Below, one piece after another: positions 58,601-64,000 of a stretch of DNA of 64,000 nucleotides. The stretch is from positions 11,039,129 through 11,103,128 of the forward strand of contig CM082576.2 of assembly GCA_040954595.2 (NCBI GenBank), written 5' to 3'. The first letter of the stretch is position 1; every line of letters begins with the position of its first letter. A program made the position numbers and the translations under genes. Under the pieces are notes generated by a model. That model saw only the letters and a list, made by a program, of their open reading frames with translations. It made no database searches and had not been told where the DNA came from. The DNA is from Balanoglossus misakiensis. Taxonomy: Eukaryota > Animalia > Hemichordata.

Positions 58601-61551
58601 ATAACATGAGAACTGTGAAAAAAACATATCAAAAGTTATGCTCAGAATTATCAGAGTACATCTGCCTCTATTCATTGATTTATAGAATGCAATGTATGCT
58701 TTTAAAGTATAATAATTTTAAAATGTAATGAAATACTTATATTAACTACAATTTAAACTTTACAAAGCATATACATATACATGTACCACATGAACTTTGC
58801 ACATGTAAATTACCTTGAAACGAATGAAACTGGACTTGTTTGACAATCTTGCACACTTTACACACTTCAGGAAACAAAACATCGTAGAGAAATCTCCCCT
58901 GAAATGGATTTCAAGTACATGTATTCAGGTTAGAAAGGCATATTGAAACACTGAGCTTAGCTACAAATATCCATTAATGGGTAACGATCTGTTTACCAGC
59001 CAAGGGTGTAAAGTTTATGGTAGGATCATAAATCTGAGAAGAAACCATGTTTGTATCGCTTCACTGAATATTAGAAATTTATGCAGAAAAATAAGTTGTT
59101 TCAGTAACTTCATTATCAATGGCAGACTGAAGCTTGATAAACATCACACCAAAAAATTCCACACTTTACCTTCTTTCCACACAGCTGCAAGTCTGCTACC
59201 AGTAATTCTCTGTCCAGACATGTCAGCATGGCTTTCATTAACACTAAGGTTGCAAATACAGTGTTGGAGGCACTGTCAGCCACAGTGAATGTGAGGACCA
59301 ACTTCCCAAACTCTAACCTTCTCTCAGGAGAAACTGAAAGTGCAAACAGACACACATGTATACACAAGTGTGGTTTTATATAGCATTTATAGTTATTTAC
59401 AGTTGCTGGTCAAATTCTGAGTTCGGATGGGTATTTTGACAGGTGACCAACCAACATCATTTGGACTGAACTGATGATCCGTTCTGAGGCCTATGATGCC
59501 AACACAGAAATTGAATATTGTGTAAATAATTGTGGTGTGATATCAAGGTAGACTGGTGGATTCTCAAAGCTTACGTGGTACTCTCTACTTTTTGACAACA
59601 TCACTAAAAAGACATTCTTTAGTTTTGCACTTTCGGACAATTTGTTTTCCATGCTGCAAAATTCACTGTGTACAAAGTGTTCAACATCTGACAGACACAT
59701 TGGCAACTTCATTACCTTCAGTTGTCAGTTTCAACAAATTCAAAGCGGTCGCCATGGCGTCTTCTGGACTTGTTGCAGAATTAACTAATAAACCAACTGC
59801 ACTTCCGGCCAATAAGCAGCATTCTTGGGAAAACCGCTGCATTGTAACGAGACATGTGAATCATGAATTGATGTTATGTGTAGGATTCTGTTCAAAGAGT
59901 TGTCATAAATAGACCACATAAAATTAACCCTGTTCACCCCAATTCCCTCTATTTATCACACTAATACTAAAGCATAGAAAAACAACAAATCATACCGTAC
60001 TGAAGATTACTGTAAGAAGGCACTGGAGTATTCCCACAAGGTGACCTTCAAGTTTGTCTTCTGTGACCTTCCAAATCACTTGTTTAATTACATCAGGGCA
60101 ATTCTGAATTGTTTGCAGGCAAATCTACAAAAGCACAAATACAGGAGTTTTAATACAACTGCCATTTACAGATACATTTTCTATTCAAAATCAAAACTGG
60201 GAGATTTGCAAGATTGGTGAATTCACACTCTGATTTCTTTTGAAGTAGATCCTCTTTGAATTCTGGGTCAGTTTGTTCCTGACAAAGCTATCCCAACCAC
60301 CTATTCCAACTCGGCCATCCCGACCGCAGCTTCGTTGGCTCACCTTTGTCGCCAACTGACAGGAGGAAACATCAATGTCGACACTGTCCACGCAGAAGCC
60401 TGTCATGATGCTGGACAGTGATGCCATGAAAACAGTCAAATTCTTCTCCAGAAATGTCTTCATCATTCCACACTCATCCAACATGATTGACACTGAAAGA
60501 AAATATGTGTGAACATAACCACAGGCATGTGAACTATAGAAGCCTTGTTTATAGTTAACATTCCTGATTTGAACAGAATACATCAGCAGACTCGCAACAG
60601 TGGCCAATATTCAAACCTCTTTGCAGTGTTCCATAAGATAATGCTCTTTGCTGTTCAAACCACACCAAGTTGACTTCATTTTCAAACGCTTCTTGAACTC
60701 TGCTGGGCAACAATCTGTGCAGCTGCTTCAAAACCTGGAAGAAAGAGATGTGGCCGAACATTCAGTAGGGTTTAAAGAATTCTTAACTTGAAAGTAAGCA
60801 TCAGTGGCATTTTTCAGATTTCTGGTGGAGATCAGCAGAATTCGCTCACCTTCAGAATTGTCTTGGCTACCTTGGTGCTCTCTTTTGAATTGACATAAAT
60901 CTTACAGATGACAAAAATTAACCCATTCCAGTCTTCGGAATCTTCTCCTCCATCAGCTGTGCACACTTGTAGTTTACTTAATTCCTTCACAGTGTTTTCC
61001 AAGACGATCAACTGTTGCTTTGTACTTGTTGCCCTGTGGAATAAATCACCCGTCAGTGGAGATACATGTACCAACCTCTGTGTCACACAAAAACTTAGTA
61101 CTGATACTCAACCAAGGCAAACAATCATATGTTTCTGATTATCATGTTTACCTATATGCGGAGGTATTGGCCAGTTTCTTCGGCCGGGGATTTTATTTTG
61201 TAGGTATCAACAAGTGACTGACCTCCTCCCTCACTGAACATGGAAAATTGGGTGACACCCCCCCCCCCCTCCCCCATCACCCAATTCCAAACAGGGTGAC
61301 TCCCCCATGAATGCACACACACCCCTACCTAGCTGCAATAATTGTAGCCCTGGTGGGTTGGTTGATCGCTGACGGCCCGTCATGTACAATTATTGCAGCT
61401 AACCCCTACCCAGAAGAAACTGACCAGTCCCTTACCTTAAAAATACGTTCATCTGAGAACCGAAATGACCGGCCTGACCACTATGTCGGGCCAAAATCAG
61501 TTCGTTGGCCTCCAACATCGAGATTATTTTCTGTTGTATTCTTTGATCCAT
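46620..61551 (-). CDS. THADA: THADA/Trm732-family ARM-repeat protein with DUF2428 (about 1895 aa, 38 exons); probably the THADA-like paralog
   Basis: Phase-consistent exons: 61551-61436, 61033-60850, 60734-60617, 60492-60344, 60124-59996, 59836-59716, 59333-59170, 58898-58814, 58612-58470, 58315-58220, 58029-57928, 57746-57637, 57427-57332, 57113-56924, 56786-56693, 56346-56119, 55923-55771, 55507-55444, 55266-55039, 54627-54431, 54298-54122, 53724-53576, 53285-53148, 52847-52743, 52595-52485, 52270-52178, 51719-51569, 51110-50867, 50613-50374, 50173-49948, 49713-49277, 49166-49002, 48752-48614, 48265-48144, 47892-47808, 47607-47487, 47243-47074, 46667-46620. Family motifs: LNLNCDSSPFRQ, CRHRGA, TRRSAGLP, QVHGFNVLK, SWAIRNA, LLQDE, LFEQEDANIYAE. 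AATAAA at 46538-46533. The start codon and last exon are less certain. Confidence 0.88.
51355..51499. mobile_element. MITE-like or fold-back element in THADA intron 27
   Basis: 41-bp inverted arms (caatctgattaaaatcaggtgtaggatacagcgatgtcttt / aaagacatcactgcaccctacatctgattttaatcagattg, 4 mismatches) plus an inner ttacttatgc/gcataagtaa stem. Confidence 0.6.
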
Positions 61552-61862
61552 TCTGGAAGAGTTGTGTGCAGTGTAGCGATCTTATGTTACCGATGGTGCG
61601 GTACGGAAGCATGTTGTGCCATGGACGCTGCCATCTTTGCCACAAACTGTTAATTTGAGTCAGATTTGGATGTATATTCGGATTCGATTTTGTTCCAGGG
61701 ATCATAAGTATCAAGAGGAATGTACGAGTGCTATAGTACAGGGTCACTTGATATTAATATCAGAACTTTGAAATCAAATTATTACAATTCCTAACAGGTT
61801 TTTACAATGTACGTTAGACTTTCACGGTGTTTATTTTCACAATATTGTGAGCTCAAATTCTA

Positions 61863-61877
61863 CCACTAGATGGCGCT
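61863..61877 (+). promoter_or_regulatory. CTCF consensus site
   Basis: CCACTAGATGGCGCT matches the CTCF core CCASYAGRKGGCRC. It lies between the THADA-like 5' end and the 3' end of the next gene. Confidence 0.55.
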
Positions 61878-62311
61878 CTTTTCATCGTTCGTTTTATTGT
61901 TCACTTCATGCAATTTGTTTCGAAACAGAACAGACCAACTAAAGTGTTTCTGTATCAAACAGACCACAGAAAGAATATCAAAATGAACGTTATCAAATAG
62001 TTTTGAGTAACATCCCCTTAGTCTAAATCTGGTTACACTTTGATTGAAAATATTGGTCAAATTAAGGCTAGCGGGAAATACATCACGAGCTAGGAGAGAC
62101 TATTTCACAAGGTACTATTAAAGACAAATTATAAAGCTCTTTGGTGAGACACATGTTATATACATGTATTATGCGCTTTTATTTCAATTACACAAATGAA
62201 TGCATGTATTCTCGGACACTTCTTACATAATCGTCATCAAATGACGTGACACAAATTTCTCTTGTAGAGTTATTTTCTTACAGAGCGGAAGTTCTTTGTC
62301 TCATGTTGCCT

Positions 62312-63442
62312 TCAAATCTCCAATTCGTGGTCAGGGTGATAATACTTGCAGTAGTAGTTGTAGGTATGTTCATCAGGGCGTCTGTAAGAGCAGTACTCAG
62401 CGACAGTCGAAAAAGTTAAATGGCCAGGTGGGTTCCAGTAAAATGCCCCGGACAGTTTTTCTGGACATGTCTAAAAAATGGAATATTAGGATATATTTTA
62501 ATGGACAAAAACTGTCGCGTTAGTAATTCTGCGGTTGCTACCGTGGGGCACGTCAATGTACATCAACTGTAAACTCTAGGCGCTTTCATGTAATACTGTT
62601 TGAAAATAACTGTTGAGAAATAACACGCATCTATTGCCTTCTCACTCACTTCTGTACTACACCGAATCACATTTCATCAGAACCATCGCAAGAAAGCCTT
62701 GTGCTCTACTGAATACTCCTATGTTCCCTCAACTCTAATTGAATATTCAAAACTAACACATGATATAAGTAACATATAAGAATCAAGTAATTCTTTAGGT
62801 ATACTTACCGCCATGTCGTTGCAAGAAACAACGATCCTTTTTCCAGAATATACGCTGACTGTACAATTTAAACACTCTTCTACTGATTCACCATCAGACA
62901 ATATAGTTCCCTGTGTAGAGTGACAGATTTATCAACAAAGCTACGATAGGATACTGCAGTGAATGGTTATCATATTCAGTAGCCTGTTGTGTAGAAGTTT
63001 GAGAAAACACTGTCGAAATGGATACCATTCATTGTCTCCCTCCTTCTTTTTACAAACATTCAAAATCAAACTACATCTAGTCTATTAACGTGTTTCTGTT
63101 TCTGGAAACATAGCATAACATTCTTACCATGTCCATAGTGTCCAGCTTGTCGGTTGCGACATACACCGTCCTAAATGAACTGGTTGGACCGATGTAAGGA
63201 CCGACGGCCACAAACGTTTGATCTACAAAAAATGGCGTTTCATTTTCCAATATGTCTGGCAACGCCATAATTTCATCGAAACACTCCACACCATGTGTGA
63301 CTATTGAATTGTATATGACAGAGTCATATCCCTTTACTTTCATAGAGGAACATATCCATGGCTCTGAGCGGAACGGGTGGTTGATATGGAAGTCACATTT
63401 GACGATGGTCAGAACAGTCGAGAGGACAATCAGCAATTTCAT
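62312..63442 (-). CDS. Uncharacterised secreted Cys-containing protein (about 191 aa, 3 coding exons)
   Basis: Exons 63442-63128 (MKLLIVLSTVLTIVKC-DFHINHPF...TMDM), 62910-62809 (GTILSDGESVEECLNC...SCNDMA) and 62470-62312 (TCPEKLSGAFYWNPPG...YCKYYHPDHELEI*). All phase 0 with gtaag donors; signal-peptide-like N-terminus; an acceptor just upstream of the ATG (exon start 63453). Confidence 0.7.
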
Positions 63443-64000
63443 TGTGGAGTTACCTGTATAAATAACAACCGATTCTGGATATTGCAATCATATTGAACAT
63501 AAATTGTTTTAGGAGGAAATTTCGTCAACACATACACATGGGGAAAAAATATATGAAAATTCAGTACTCCACAGAAAACAGACTTACTCGTTTACTTCGT
63601 CGAAAGTAAAGACAAGGCTTATCCCCAGAGATGGCTCATTTTATGTGCAGTCATTTTATTTTTGTATAAACTAAATTAGCTAAAGCAAAAATAAAAAAAT
63701 AAATGTAGGTACTGGTAAAGATATTTTGGTATAAACTAGTTCTCCCCTTTGTATATCGCAAAGACCATTGACGACAAATTTTCTTCGAACTGTCTATCCA
63801 AAATAACGTCATGGGTTATTTCCAGCGATAACTCATTATATGTGCACACTCGTTTAATTTTTTTGTGTAAACTTAAGTACATGTAGCATCAATTGGAATA
63901 AATATGAGGATTGTTAACGATATTTTGGTATACTTCCATTGGCACATCCCAATTAAGACGAGACGGTACATTTTCTTGATGATGTCAATTTACTTTAATA

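Overview
Intron-rich, AT-rich animal genomic DNA, probably from an invertebrate deuterostome such as a hemichordate or echinoderm (inference from gene content and protein similarity). Exons were assembled by hand with GT-AG boundaries and checked for phase. From left to right: the first three coding exons of a CCDC88/Girdin-Daple gene (-); a complete CFAP36/CCDC104 (+, 9 exons plus a candidate 24-nt microexon); a complete 16-exon PPP4R3/SMEK (-); three tandem single-coding-exon PGAP4/TMEM246-like glycosyltransferase genes (+); a (GATT/GACT)n microsatellite; tRNA-Leu(TAG) (-); a 38-exon THADA/Trm732-family gene (-) that looks like the second, non-canonical THADA paralog; and a 3-exon small secreted Cys-rich protein I cannot assign (-). 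The most notable items are the triplicated PGAP4 array with shared changes at catalytic-site motifs, the CCDC88-CFAP36-PPP4R3 order matching human 2p16.1, the divergent THADA paralog, the CFAP36 microexon and the unassigned secreted protein. Most short ORFs in the supplied track are spurious or are exon fragments. All homology calls rest on recalled sequences and motifs; no database search was run.
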